Of a stretch of DNA of 52,038 nucleotides, positions 37,074-46,626 are shown one piece after another. The stretch is from Nitrospinota bacterium (GTDB lineage: Bacteria > Nitrospinota > Nitrospinia > Nitrospinales > VA-1): assembly GCA_038108555.1 (NCBI GenBank), contig JAYNIA010000011.1, positions 2,420 through 54,457 of the forward strand. The letters run 5' to 3'. Both the position numbers and the translations under genes were made by a program. Under the pieces are notes generated by a model. The model saw nothing but the letters and a program-made list of their open reading frames with translations, had not been told where the DNA came from and did not search any database. The stretch's first letter is position 1. Each line of letters opens with the position of its first letter.

Positions 37074-38408
37074 TTAATTATCAATTGTTTCATCCTCCAG
37101 ATTCCTGCCGCTCTCAATCTGAATCAAGCCGTTCGTCCCATTAATTTTTACTTTCCCTTTTAAAGAAGCAGCCCCTTCAAAGCTAACCTGACCTGCAATT
37201 TCAAGTTCCTCTAAATCCAGCAAATCTGGTATCACCTTAAAACAATTAAGAAACGCTTCTACCTGATCGAGTGGTTGCCCAAATATTATTTCGGGAAGAT
37301 GAGAGGCCTTTCGCAATGGATTTCTTAAAAGTCTTCCATCTTCCAAATTGAACAGATTGGATTGAACCAATAGTAGGTCCTCCGTTTTTTTGACTGGCAT
37401 GAATCTATCTCGGGAAACGCAAAGCCCCACCGCTCCCTCAAAGCAATCCAATGCCGATCCTATAGCCGTTTCCAATTGCACTACGGGCTTCCCTTGAATT
37501 TTCTTCTGATTCTGGATTACGTTTAAACTTAAGGGACCATCTTTTAGTTTTTCTTCAAGCGCAACCAGGTTTATCCAAATATTGTTTGTATTAAAAACGG
37601 AAAACTTTTCCTGACTGCAAAACTCATCAATATGTTTTTCGGGAACTTGAGCAATTTCCAGCAACTTCAGTTTTCCATTTTGTTCGTATAAAGTTCCCCC
37701 CTTAACGTCAGCCGGGGTTTTGGGGGTTACTTCGATTAAAAAAGGAATTTCTTTATCGATCATGTAATTGAGAATTTTTGCATCCGCCACAGCTCCCAAA
37801 TTGTCCGCGTTTGAAATAAACAGGATATCCTTCTCATCGTTAATTAAATTACTGAGTATTCCCTGCTGTTCAATGCAATGATAAAAATCCCCGTGCCCAG
37901 GGGGATACCAGGCCTGCTCTCCCCATTCCTCAGGATTCAGGGGAAGGAAGGACTCCGAATGCAGGCGGGGAAACATATTTTGCTTGAAGGTTGTAATGGG
38001 CAGGTCGGTTTTACTGACAAACTCCCCAATTTCCTTATCCGTGTAAAAACTGTTCATTAACAATAATGGAATATCGCAATTCCACTTTTGGTTTAATACC
38101 CGGACTTGCTCCACAATCAAATCCAGAAAAGACTTTTCATCCTTGACTTTTATTAAAGACTTTGGACCCGCGCAACCCATGCTTGTCCCAAGGCCTCCAT
38201 TCAACTTTCCAATAACCAGACGCGAAAAGTTTTCCGGCTTTACCCCTGGGTCTGCAAGGGATTCATAATCCACTTGCATGGAATCATTGGGAGAATGGAT
38301 CGATGACCAATCCAATGCTTTTGTCGGCTTATTTCTAACCTGATTCAATAACCGCTCAAATTCCTCTAATTGAGGTCCTGTCAGTAAATTTTTCAATAAG
38401 TTCTTCAT
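37074..38408 (-). CDS. UTP--glucose-1-phosphate uridylyltransferase, eukaryote-type (UDPGP family)
   Basis: KLNGGLGTSMGC.GPKS, LLLMNSFYT, WYPPGHGD, FISNADNLGA, DVKGGTL, FNTNNIW, QLETAIG and RFMPVKKT.DLLLVQS match UGP1/UGP2-type enzymes rather than GalU. Confidence 0.93.
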   Translation of the reverse strand: MKNLLKNLLTGPQLEEFERLLNQVRNKPTKALDWSSIHSPNDSMQVDYESLADPGVKPENFSRLVIGKLNGGLGTSMGCAGPKSLIKVKDEKSFLDLIVEQVRVLNQKWNCDIPLLLMNSFYTDKEIGEFVSKTDLPITTFKQNMFPRLHSESFLPLNPEEWGEQAWYPPGHGDFYHCIEQQGILSNLINDEKDILFISNADNLGAVADAKILNYMIDKEIPFLIEVTPKTPADVKGGTLYEQNGKLKLLEIAQVPEKHIDEFCSQEKFSVFNTNNIWINLVALEEKLKDGPLSLNVIQNQKKIQGKPVVQLETAIGSALDCFEGAVGLCVSRDRFMPVKKTEDLLLVQSNLFNLEDGRLLRNPLRKASHLPEIIFGQPLDQVEAFLNCFKVIPDLLDLEELEIAGQVSFEGAASLKGKVKINGTNGLIQIESGRNLEDETIDN

Positions 38409-38504
38409 TTCATTTTTAAATTAGAATATCCTGAATCCTTTAAAACCACAGTGACCAATTCATTTCAAACATTTTTGGTTAGTTTGTAGCAGAGAATTTT
38501 TAAT

Positions 38505-39104
38505 ATGCTCATTTTCAAAAAAAATATATATGAATTTTCAGACTCCCAACATCCGGAAAACCTGGATGATCCACATTTAAACCCCTATGATTTTATTTTC
38601 CAATCCCTCATGACAGATCGGGAAATTTTCTTTGGCCTCAATCAATTATCGGAAAATGAAGGAATGAAAAGAGCCAAAACCCTGTTCCCACATGCTTCCC
38701 TATTTGGAAACGTGCCCTTACTCAATAATTTTTCCCGAAATATTTTAGAGGGTCTGGTTGACAGAAGTTTTTGGTACACACTGAACGCCTACCATTTAAC
38801 CTACCTTTTTGACAGCCTGCACGGCACCTATGAAGACTACAGCTATTCAGACTCACAGCAACGAATGGGGTTATTTCCAGAATTAAACGGCCAACCCATT
38901 GACTTCAATCGTTTTCTTGAAAATTATTTTTTTGGAACCGCCTTTTTGATGGATGCAGAAAGATTTAATAATATGGACTCCGAAGAAAAGAAAAGTTTAA
39001 AACTCACCGACCCCTGCCTGTTTGGAGTCATAAACAATTTAATTCCCACAAAAGAAGAATCAAAATTACAAAAATCCGCAGATACCCCCTACCTGGAAAA
39101 ATAA
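38505..39104 (+). CDS. Hypothetical protein, paralog of 39785-40405
   Basis: 199-aa ORF with end-to-end similarity to the ORF at 39785, which supports coding status. Confidence 0.85.
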   Translation: MLIFKKNIYEFSDSQHPENLDDPHLNPYDFIFQSLMTDREIFFGLNQLSENEGMKRAKTLFPHASLFGNVPLLNNFSRNILEGLVDRSFWYTLNAYHLTYLFDSLHGTYEDYSYSDSQQRMGLFPELNGQPIDFNRFLENYFFGTAFLMDAERFNNMDSEEKKSLKLTDPCLFGVINNLIPTKEESKLQKSADTPYLEK

Positions 39105-39110
39105 ATCCCT

Positions 39111-39692
39111 TTACTTCTCTAATTCTTCCTCCAGCCTGGCTGTCAGCAATGGAGAGTCCGGCTCTACTTCACTTGAAAAGCTGGCAACAGGAAACCCCTT
39201 TCTATCAATCAGGAATTTATGAAAATTCCATTTCACTTCATCGCCTTCCGGTCTTTTCTCTCCACGAGTATTAAATATAAACCCTGTCACCAGTCGGAAA
39301 ATAAAAGGTCCTGGCCCTTTTTTTCCAATCGGATCCAAACCACTCTCCTGAAAGAGCCGATAAAGAGGAGATTTATCATGACCCAGCACCTTTGTTTTGC
39401 TAAACAAATCGAATGAAACCCCAAATTTAGTTTCGCAAAAACTTTTGATCTCATCGTTATCACCCGGTTCTTGTCCGCCAAAATCATCGCTTGGAAAAGC
39501 CAAAATGCAAAAACCTCGATCTCTATATTTTTCATATACTTTTTGCAGGGCGGAATATTGAGGAGTGAATCCACATTTTGAGGCCACGTTTACAATCAAC
39601 AAAACCTTTCCTTCATATTGGGAGAGGGCTTGCTCTTCTCCCGAAATGGTTTTAACATTAATATTGTAAAGGGATTGTTTCATTTTTGACAT
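39111..39692 (-). CDS. Glutathione peroxidase family protein (Cys type)
   Basis: GKVLLIVNVASKCGFTPQY, AFPS..FGGQEPG, FCE, WNFHKFL. Start probably ATG 39692 or 39683. Confidence 0.93.
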   Translation of the reverse strand: MSKMKQSLYNINVKTISGEEQALSQYEGKVLLIVNVASKCGFTPQYSALQKVYEKYRDRGFCILAFPSDDFGGQEPGDNDEIKSFCETKFGVSFDLFSKTKVLGHDKSPLYRLFQESGLDPIGKKGPGPFIFRLVTGFIFNTRGEKRPEGDEVKWNFHKFLIDRKGFPVASFSSEVEPDSPLLTARLEEELEK

Positions 39693-39784
39693 TCCCGGTT
39701 CATATGCAGAAAGAATTATTGTAACCGTTTTTGAGTGCTTTTTTAAATTAATCACTTTTGAACTAATTTCTTCAAAGGGGAAGC

Positions 39785-40405
39785 ATGCTGGTTTTCAAAA
39801 ATAATATTTATGAATCATACAGCTCAAGCAACGCTAATGTTGTCTTAACACCTAATTCGGATTACAACCAGCGGTTCGACCCTCTTCACCTAATCCAGGT
39901 TGCACTTATCGAAGAAAAAGATGTCATGTCTTTTATTGAACGGCAACCCCGACCGTATTGGAGAGAAGATTTGTTGCAGTTTTATCCAATTTCCGGAAGA
40001 ACCAATTCTTTGCATTACATAAAGCAAATTCGTCAAATCCTGGAACAAGGCCTGGAAAACTCCACAACATGGCAACGAATGAATTCATACCATTTCTCAT
40101 TTCTTTTTGACGTTTTAGCGCGGTTTATTTTTAACTACAATCATGACATCGAAAAAGAAAGAATTACCATCCTCCCTGAATTGAATGCGCATCCCATTTA
40201 TATGGAGAACTTTTTAAGCAATTATTTTTTTGATTATAATTTTAAGACCAAAGAGGATCATTTTAATTCTTTGACGCAAAAACAAAAACGTTCATTAGGT
40301 TACGATTGCCCCTGCCTTTTTGGTGTCATCAATGGTCTTTTACCCACCCGTGAAGAAATGAGCCTCAAAGATTCTCAGGATTTCCCCTATTCCATTTACG
40401 TATAG
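39785..40405 (+). CDS. Hypothetical protein, paralog of 38505-39104
   Basis: 206-aa ORF after an AGGGG RBS; shares MLxFKxNIYE, NxYH, PELN, NYFF and PCLFGVIN with 38505-39104. Confidence 0.85.
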   Translation: MLVFKNNIYESYSSSNANVVLTPNSDYNQRFDPLHLIQVALIEEKDVMSFIERQPRPYWREDLLQFYPISGRTNSLHYIKQIRQILEQGLENSTTWQRMNSYHFSFLFDVLARFIFNYNHDIEKERITILPELNAHPIYMENFLSNYFFDYNFKTKEDHFNSLTQKQKRSLGYDCPCLFGVINGLLPTREEMSLKDSQDFPYSIYV

Positions 40406-40456
40406 TAAAAGTATTGATCAAACCTTACCCAGTCTAATTCATTTAGGAGAGTTTCA

Positions 40457-41998
40457 TTGCGAACAGTAGTAACAGCAGATCAAATGCGGGCCATTGACCG
40501 ATGGGCGATTGAAAAAATAGGAATTCCCGGAGGGGTCTTGATGGAAAACGCAGGTGCGGCTATCGTCAAACGTTTGCTTGAAACCTATCCTGATTTAACC
40601 TCCCGGAAAATTATTATTTTCTGTGGTAAGGGAAATAATGGAGGGGATGGGTTTGTTATGGCTAGACACCTGTTCCTTCTGGGCGCAAATGTAATGGTAT
40701 TACTCGCAGGCTTGTTAAATGAATTGAAAGGAGATGCTAAAACCAACGCTGTTTCCGCCGAAAACCTGGGAATTAATATTGAGGAAATAACCCCCGACAA
40801 TATTAATAAGTTCGATCACAAATTACGCCATACCGACATAATTGTAGATGCCGTTTTTGGGACAGGACTTTCCAAACCCGCAACGGGATTCATGGAAACG
40901 GTCATCAATAAAATTAACCAGTTTGAAAAATTTACCATCGCCGTAGATATAAATTCCGGGATTGATTCCGACTCTGGAAGGTTGATCGGGCCCCACGTTA
41001 ACTCGGACCTGACGTTTGCTCTTGCTTCATTGAAAAAAAGCCATCTTTTGCATCCCGCTGCCGGCACTACGAAAAAAGTGGATTTGCTGGATATTGGGAT
41101 TCCCGAGAACCATGGACAAGAGATAAAAGTCCACCAGTTGGAAGAAGAGGATATTAAAAATATTTTTCAGCCACGAAAGCAAGATTCCCATAAAGGGGAT
41201 TATGGCCATGTTTTGGTTTTGGCTGGCTCTACCGGGAAAACAGGTGCTGCCGGACTGACCGCCCTTGCCGCACTGAGGTCGGGTTGTGGGTTATGCACCC
41301 TGGCTCTCCCTGAATCTTGTCAAAAGACTTTTGAATTGCACCCTATGGAAGTCATGACCGTTCCTCTTCAGGAAACATCATCAGGAACATTATCTATTGA
41401 AGCAAAAAATTCCATCTTAAAATTGCTCGAAGGAAAATCGGCAGTGGCCATGGGTCCGGGCCTTTCGACCGACCCTGAAACGGTCCGGCTGATTGGTGAA
41501 ATACTTCCATTGATCCAATGCCCCTTGATTTTAGATGCAGATGCAATCAATGCTTTGGAAAATAATTTAGACTGGCTGAAAGAATTAAAATCTCCAATTC
41601 TCACTCCGCATCCAAAAGAAATGTCGAGACTGACCGGATTAACCACCGCAGAGATACAGGATAATAGAGTGAGTGTGACTACTGAATTTGCACAAAAGCA
41701 TTCTCTTTTTCTACTGCTCAAAGGAGCCCCCAGCCTGATTGGAACACCCGACGGTAATGTATATTTCAATCCCACCGGGAATCCGGGAATGGCAACGGGA
41801 GGGTCGGGCGATGTTTTAACAGGTATCATTGCAGGACTTGCAGCTCAAAATATTTCCCTAAAAAACGCTGCCCTGGCTGGCGCTTACATTCACGGTTCTT
41901 CCGGAGATATTTTTTCCGAAAAGGAATCCCAAACCAACCTGATCGCAGGGGATTTATTAAGAAGTCTTCCCGATGCACTGAAAAAGGTGTTGCCATGA
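40457..41998 (+). CDS. nnr: Bifunctional NAD(P)H-hydrate epimerase/dehydratase
   Basis: LMENAG, CGKGNNGGDG, DAVFGTG, HKGDYG, GPGL, LDADA, LTPHPKEMSRL, MATGGSGDVLTG. TTG start after AGGAGA. Confidence 0.96.
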   Translation: MRTVVTADQMRAIDRWAIEKIGIPGGVLMENAGAAIVKRLLETYPDLTSRKIIIFCGKGNNGGDGFVMARHLFLLGANVMVLLAGLLNELKGDAKTNAVSAENLGINIEEITPDNINKFDHKLRHTDIIVDAVFGTGLSKPATGFMETVINKINQFEKFTIAVDINSGIDSDSGRLIGPHVNSDLTFALASLKKSHLLHPAAGTTKKVDLLDIGIPENHGQEIKVHQLEEEDIKNIFQPRKQDSHKGDYGHVLVLAGSTGKTGAAGLTALAALRSGCGLCTLALPESCQKTFELHPMEVMTVPLQETSSGTLSIEAKNSILKLLEGKSAVAMGPGLSTDPETVRLIGEILPLIQCPLILDADAINALENNLDWLKELKSPILTPHPKEMSRLTGLTTAEIQDNRVSVTTEFAQKHSLFLLLKGAPSLIGTPDGNVYFNPTGNPGMATGGSGDVLTGIIAGLAAQNISLKNAALAGAYIHGSSGDIFSEKESQTNLIAGDLLRSLPDALKKVLP

Positions 41999-42480
41999 CC
42001 AAGACCCTAACAGAAAACGAAGAAGAAACATTGCAACTCGGAATTGATTTGGGTTCCAGATTGATTGCCGGTGACCTGGTTCTATTGTTTGGGGATTTGG
42101 GTGCAGGAAAAACCTGTCTGACTCAGGGAATTTGCCTGGGTGCTGGAATGGATAAAAATTCTTATATAAGAAGTCCAACCTTCACATTGATAAATGAATA
42201 CCAGGGGAAAATTCCCCTCTTCCATATCGATCTTTACCGTTTGGAAACCGATGCTGAAATAATCAACCTGGGTTTGGAGGAAATCATTTATAGCGAGACC
42301 ATTACAATTATTGAATGGTCTGAAAAACTAATTGCAAATAAAGAAACCCGTGAATTCAAGTTGGGGATTCAAGAACGGCTCGAAATACATATTGCCAGTA
42401 AAAGCGAAACTCAACGCGAATTCACTCTCATTCCAGTAGACCTAAGCCCCAGAACCCCTCCCCTTTTCCCTTTACATTGA
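41995..42480 (+). CDS. tsaE: tRNA threonylcarbamoyladenosine biosynthesis ATPase TsaE
   Basis: GDLGAGKT, SPTFTLINEY, HIDLYRL, IIEW; usual position after nnr. Confidence 0.96.
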   Translation: MTKTLTENEEETLQLGIDLGSRLIAGDLVLLFGDLGAGKTCLTQGICLGAGMDKNSYIRSPTFTLINEYQGKIPLFHIDLYRLETDAEIINLGLEEIIYSETITIIEWSEKLIANKETREFKLGIQERLEIHIASKSETQREFTLIPVDLSPRTPPLFPLH

Positions 42481-42507
42481 TCTCCCCCTATGGCATCATC
42501 AATCTCA

Positions 42508-42524
42508 TGGTATGCCATTTGCAT
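42508..42524 (+). promoter_or_regulatory. Putative sigma54 (-24/-12) promoter
   Basis: TGGTAT-GCCAT-TTGCAT has exact GG-N10-GC spacing, 33 nt upstream of the lptC-like ATG. Confidence 0.65.
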
Positions 42525-42557
42525 ATGTGCGTAATTCGTTAATAATTAAATAGTTAA

Positions 42558-43010
42558 ATGATAAATGCAGTTAGAATTTTATTGCTAATTATCGCTTTGG
42601 GTGTCATTAGCCTAGCCGGATTCTATTTTTATCAAGTTAAGGGTAATAAGGTCGAAATGGGAAATGTGAAGGTCAAAATAATGGAAAAAGGGGTGGATGT
42701 TGAAATCGAAAACTTTAAAGTCACTCACGAAGTCAAAGGCAAAAAGGAATGGATATTAAAAGCGGGATTGGCTCAGGTCAATAACCAGGAAGATGTTACG
42801 AAGTTAAAAAATGTAGAAATGATTCTCCCCAAGGAAAATAAACCACCCTATGTGATAACAGCTGAGTCAGGCAGTTATCAGAACACATCCAAAGATATTG
42901 ATTTGGTTGGAAATGTGAAGTTGACAGGTGATTCCCAGGCATTGGCGAACAGATTTAAACCTGACAAAGATGAATCCTCAGATTCCAGCCTTTCAAATAA
43001 CAAAAAATGA
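42558..43010 (+). CDS. lptC: LPS export protein LptC-like
   Basis: N-terminal TM anchor; W.LKA..A, ITAESG.Y and L.GNV beta-jellyroll motifs; upstream of lptA and lptB. Confidence 0.75.
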   Translation: MINAVRILLLIIALGVISLAGFYFYQVKGNKVEMGNVKVKIMEKGVDVEIENFKVTHEVKGKKEWILKAGLAQVNNQEDVTKLKNVEMILPKENKPPYVITAESGSYQNTSKDIDLVGNVKLTGDSQALANRFKPDKDESSDSSLSNNKK

Positions 43011-43522
43011 ATGAAACTAAAGCCGTTTACATTTTAGCGATAGCACTTTTTATAGGCCTGTCTATCCCCTGCACTTCTTTCAGTAAAGATAAAGAAAAAA
43101 AAGATCCCGTTGAAATTCAGTCAGACCGAATGCGTTCTGAAGATGGCGGTTTAAAAATTATTTTTTCAGGTAATGTAGAAGGTTATTGGGGCGATTTAAA
43201 AATAACTTCAGATATTCTTGAGGTCTATAACACCAAAGATAAAAAGGAGACCGAAGAAATCGTTGCGATCGGAAATGTTTTTATAAAGCGCGGAGATAAG
43301 CGAGCCAAAGGGGATCATGCTATTTATTATGACAAATTACAAAAAATCGTTCTCAAAGGCACTCCAAAAGCAACGGCTTGGCAGGAAAACAATATTATCG
43401 AAGGCCGTGAAATGATTTTCCTTCTCGATAAAGACCGGTTTATCGCCAATGACAGAATTCGAGTGATCATCACCCCAAAAGAAGAAGACGAAAAAGGCGA
43501 AAATAAAGGCTCAAAAAAATAA
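43007..43522 (+). CDS. lptA: LPS transport periplasmic protein LptA
   Basis: Signal peptide, PVEIQSD, FSGNV, AIGNV, A.Y...IVL.G.P (OstA fold); between lptC and lptB. Confidence 0.85.
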   Translation: MNETKAVYILAIALFIGLSIPCTSFSKDKEKKDPVEIQSDRMRSEDGGLKIIFSGNVEGYWGDLKITSDILEVYNTKDKKETEEIVAIGNVFIKRGDKRAKGDHAIYYDKLQKIVLKGTPKATAWQENNIIEGREMIFLLDKDRFIANDRIRVIITPKEEDEKGENKGSKK

Positions 43523-43547
43523 TGTCTAACCTTATTGAACATATGCT

Positions 43548-44270
43548 GTGGCTGGATTGAAAGTCCAAAACCTGGTTAAATCATTCCGGTCCCGAAAAGT
43601 CGTAAACAGGGTAAGTCTGGAAATCAGGCAGGGAGAAATTGTAGGCCTACTGGGGCCCAATGGAGCGGGTAAAACGACCACCTTTTACATGGTGGTGGGT
43701 TTAACGCGCCCTGATGATGGGCAGGTATTATTAAATGATGAAGACGTAACTTTTTTCCCTATGCACAAAAGAGCAAAAAAGGGAGTGAGTTATTTACCCC
43801 AGGAACCCTCGGTCTTCAGAAAACTTACCGTTGAAGAGAACATATTAGCCGTGCTGGAATCACAAAAACTTTCTACATTTGACCGCAAAAAAAAGGCGCG
43901 GGCCTTGCTCCGGGAATTGAACATACTCCATATCAAAGACTCCATGGCTTTCTCCCTTTCCGGAGGTGAAAGAAGACGGGTGGAAATCAGCCGGGCCCTG
44001 GCAACCTCCCCTGTTTTTGTATTGCTGGATGAGCCATTTGCAGGAATTGACCCCATAGCGGTTGCAGATATTCAGTCCATCATCTCCCAGTTAAAGAAAA
44101 GAGGCATCGGTGTGCTCATCACCGACCACAATGTCCGTGAAACATTAAGCATCACTGACCGGGCATACATTATTAATGCAGGTGAAATAATCTCTTCAGG
44201 TTCACCTCACCAGGTTGCGCAGGATGAAAAGGTAAAACAGATTTACCTGGGCGACCAGTTTTCATTTTAG
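43548..44270 (+). CDS. lptB: LPS export ABC transporter ATP-binding protein
   Basis: [61 protein letters not shown]. Confidence 0.98.
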   Translation: MAGLKVQNLVKSFRSRKVVNRVSLEIRQGEIVGLLGPNGAGKTTTFYMVVGLTRPDDGQVLLNDEDVTFFPMHKRAKKGVSYLPQEPSVFRKLTVEENILAVLESQKLSTFDRKKKARALLRELNILHIKDSMAFSLSGGERRRVEISRALATSPVFVLLDEPFAGIDPIAVADIQSIISQLKKRGIGVLITDHNVRETLSITDRAYIINAGEIISSGSPHQVAQDEKVKQIYLGDQFSF

Positions 44271-44284
44271 CCGGAGAAAATATT

Positions 44285-45718
44285 ATGGCCATGGAAATGA
44301 AAATGAACGTGAACCTGAAAATGAGCCAGAAGCTGGTCATGACTCCCATGCTCCAGCAGGCCATCAAGCTTCTTCCCCTGGCCCGGCTTGAACTTGCGCA
44401 ACTGGTTAGACAAGAAATTATAGATAACCCTGTTCTAGAAGAAATCCTCGATGAGGATGAATTCGATTCCCCTGACGAAAAAAAGAGTGAATCCAGCGAT
44501 GAGGAATTCGATACCTTTGCTGAAACCTCGCAAGATTCCCAGGAGCAGGAAGTAGACTGGGAAAGTTATTTTCAGAACAATGTTGACCATGGCATGCCCA
44601 TAGAAAGCCTTGCAGAAAAACCAGCCGTTGAAACCACTTACAAAAAAGAAACTTCTTTGACCGATCACCTTTATTGGCAGCTAAATCTTACGGTCGATTC
44701 TGACACTGACAAGTTTATTGGTTCCTGCATCATCGGAAACATTCAAAAAGACGGTTATCTTGGGGCGGAATTATCAGAAATAGCTGAAATCAGTCATACC
44801 GACGAAGCCAATGTAGAACGTGTTTTAAAGATCATTCAAAAGTTTGAACCCCTTGGAGTCGCAGCCCGATCCTTAAGTGAGTGCCTTATGATTCAGGCAC
44901 AGGAGTTGCCGGAAAGAAACCCTTTAGTTGAAAAACTGATTGAAGGCTATCTAGATCGTTTGGAGGACAGGTTCCTACCTAAAGTGGCTAATGAATTAAA
45001 AACCGGTCTCGATGATGTTGTGGAAGCCCTTCGAGTTATCAGGGAATTTTCACCCAAACCCGGGATCGCCTTCAATTCAGAAGCGATCGACTACGTCGCT
45101 CCTGATCTGGTCGTCATTAAAACCGATGAGGGTTATGATGTTTCCTTAAACGATGAAGGGGTCCCCAATATTAAAATCAATGCCTTCTATCAGAATCTGC
45201 TGAACACAACCAAAGAGGGAGATACCAAAGAATATCTTGAGGATAAATATCGCTCCGCATTATGGCTGATTAAAAGTATTGACCAACGAAGACAAACCAT
45301 TTACAAAGTGGGAAAAAGCATCATAAAACTGCAGAAAAGTTTCCTCGATCATGGTCTCTCGTATTTACAGCCTATGGTCTTGAAAGATGTCGCCAAGGAC
45401 ATTGAAATGCATGAGTCTACCGTAAGCCGAATCACGACAAACAAATATATAGATACTCCTCAGGGTATTTTCGAATTAAAATTTTTCTTTCACAGTGGAA
45501 TCAAATCCTACATGGGCAATAATCTGTCTTCCATAAGGGTTAAGAACATGATTAAAGAAGTGGTCGCCGAAGAAGACGGCAGCAACCCCTATACCGATGA
45601 CCAAATGGTACAGGTGCTGATGAGAAAAAATGCAAAAATAGCCAGACGGACCATAACCAAATATAGAAAAGAGCTAAACATACCCCCTGCCAGTAAGAGG
45701 AAAAAAATATTTACGTAA
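44285..45718 (+). CDS. rpoN: RNA polymerase sigma-54 factor
   Basis: LVMTPMLQQAIKLL, MHESTVSR, and RpoN box ARRTITKYR. Confidence 0.98.
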   Translation: MAMEMKMNVNLKMSQKLVMTPMLQQAIKLLPLARLELAQLVRQEIIDNPVLEEILDEDEFDSPDEKKSESSDEEFDTFAETSQDSQEQEVDWESYFQNNVDHGMPIESLAEKPAVETTYKKETSLTDHLYWQLNLTVDSDTDKFIGSCIIGNIQKDGYLGAELSEIAEISHTDEANVERVLKIIQKFEPLGVAARSLSECLMIQAQELPERNPLVEKLIEGYLDRLEDRFLPKVANELKTGLDDVVEALRVIREFSPKPGIAFNSEAIDYVAPDLVVIKTDEGYDVSLNDEGVPNIKINAFYQNLLNTTKEGDTKEYLEDKYRSALWLIKSIDQRRQTIYKVGKSIIKLQKSFLDHGLSYLQPMVLKDVAKDIEMHESTVSRITTNKYIDTPQGIFELKFFFHSGIKSYMGNNLSSIRVKNMIKEVVAEEDGSNPYTDDQMVQVLMRKNAKIARRTITKYRKELNIPPASKRKKIFT

Positions 45719-45794
45719 AACCAACCCCCTTTTATTTTGCTCGGAATTAGTTCAGGATTAAAATAGCCATATTAAGTAAATTTAGGAGAAACGC

Positions 45795-46118
45795 ATGAAA
45801 TTAACCGTGACTGGAAGAAAAATTGAAATCACCGATGGTATCCGAGACCACCTGAACGACAAAATGGATAAAACCCTTTCCAGTTTAGGTGAAGAGGCAG
45901 ATGTCCACGTCGCACTGTCTGTAGAGAAAAACCGCCATTTCGCAGAAATTACAGTAAAAACGAAGGGGTTCACAGTTCATAGTCATGAAGAGACACACGA
46001 TCTATATGCTTCGATGGACAAAGCCCTTGAAAAAATGGAAAAACAGCTGCGAAAGCATAAGGAAAAAGCAAAAGATTTAAGAATCAAACAAGGTTCAAAT
46101 TCGAAAAATCAATACTAG
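45795..46118 (+). CDS. hpf: Ribosome hibernation promoting factor (short HPF/RaiA)
   Basis: TGRKIEITD, DLYASMD...KMEKQLRKHK; directly after rpoN; AGGAGA RBS. Confidence 0.93.
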   Translation: MKLTVTGRKIEITDGIRDHLNDKMDKTLSSLGEEADVHVALSVEKNRHFAEITVKTKGFTVHSHEETHDLYASMDKALEKMEKQLRKHKEKAKDLRIKQGSNSKNQY

Positions 46119-46151
46119 AACTAATCTGCGCAATTAAAAGTAGAAAGAAAA

Positions 46152-46616
46152 ATGAAAATTGATGAAATATTAAAAAAAGAATCGGTTATTGCCGATCTTG
46201 CGGGAAACAACAAACTGGATGTCATAAAAGAAATGACAGAATGTTTGAAGCAAAACAATATAATTAGCGACGATAAGGCCTTGTTTGAAACCCTAATGGA
46301 GCGTGAAAAACTGGGGAGTACTGGAATTGGAGAAAATGTAGCCATTCCCCACGGCAAATCAGATGAGTTGACACAAATAATTACGGTTTTTGCCAGATCC
46401 TTAAAAGGCGTGGATTTTGAATCATTAGACCAAAAACCCGTTCATTTCGTATGCATGGTCATTGCCCCCGCTCACTCTACTGGACAGCATTTGAAAGCTC
46501 TTGCCAGAATTTCAAGACTATTTAAAAACCAGGGATTGCGTGAAGGGATTCTTAAAGCCGAGGATTCCAACGCCATCTATTCCCTCCTTTTGGAAGAAGA
46601 CTCCAAATTCATTTGA
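46152..46616 (+). CDS. ptsN: PTS IIA (nitrogen-regulatory) protein
   Basis: REKLGSTGIGENVAIPHG, GVDFESLD, HLKALARISR; rpoN operon context. Confidence 0.93.
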   Translation: MKIDEILKKESVIADLAGNNKLDVIKEMTECLKQNNIISDDKALFETLMEREKLGSTGIGENVAIPHGKSDELTQIITVFARSLKGVDFESLDQKPVHFVCMVIAPAHSTGQHLKALARISRLFKNQGLREGILKAEDSNAIYSLLLEEDSKFI

Positions 46617-46626
46617 AATAATATTT

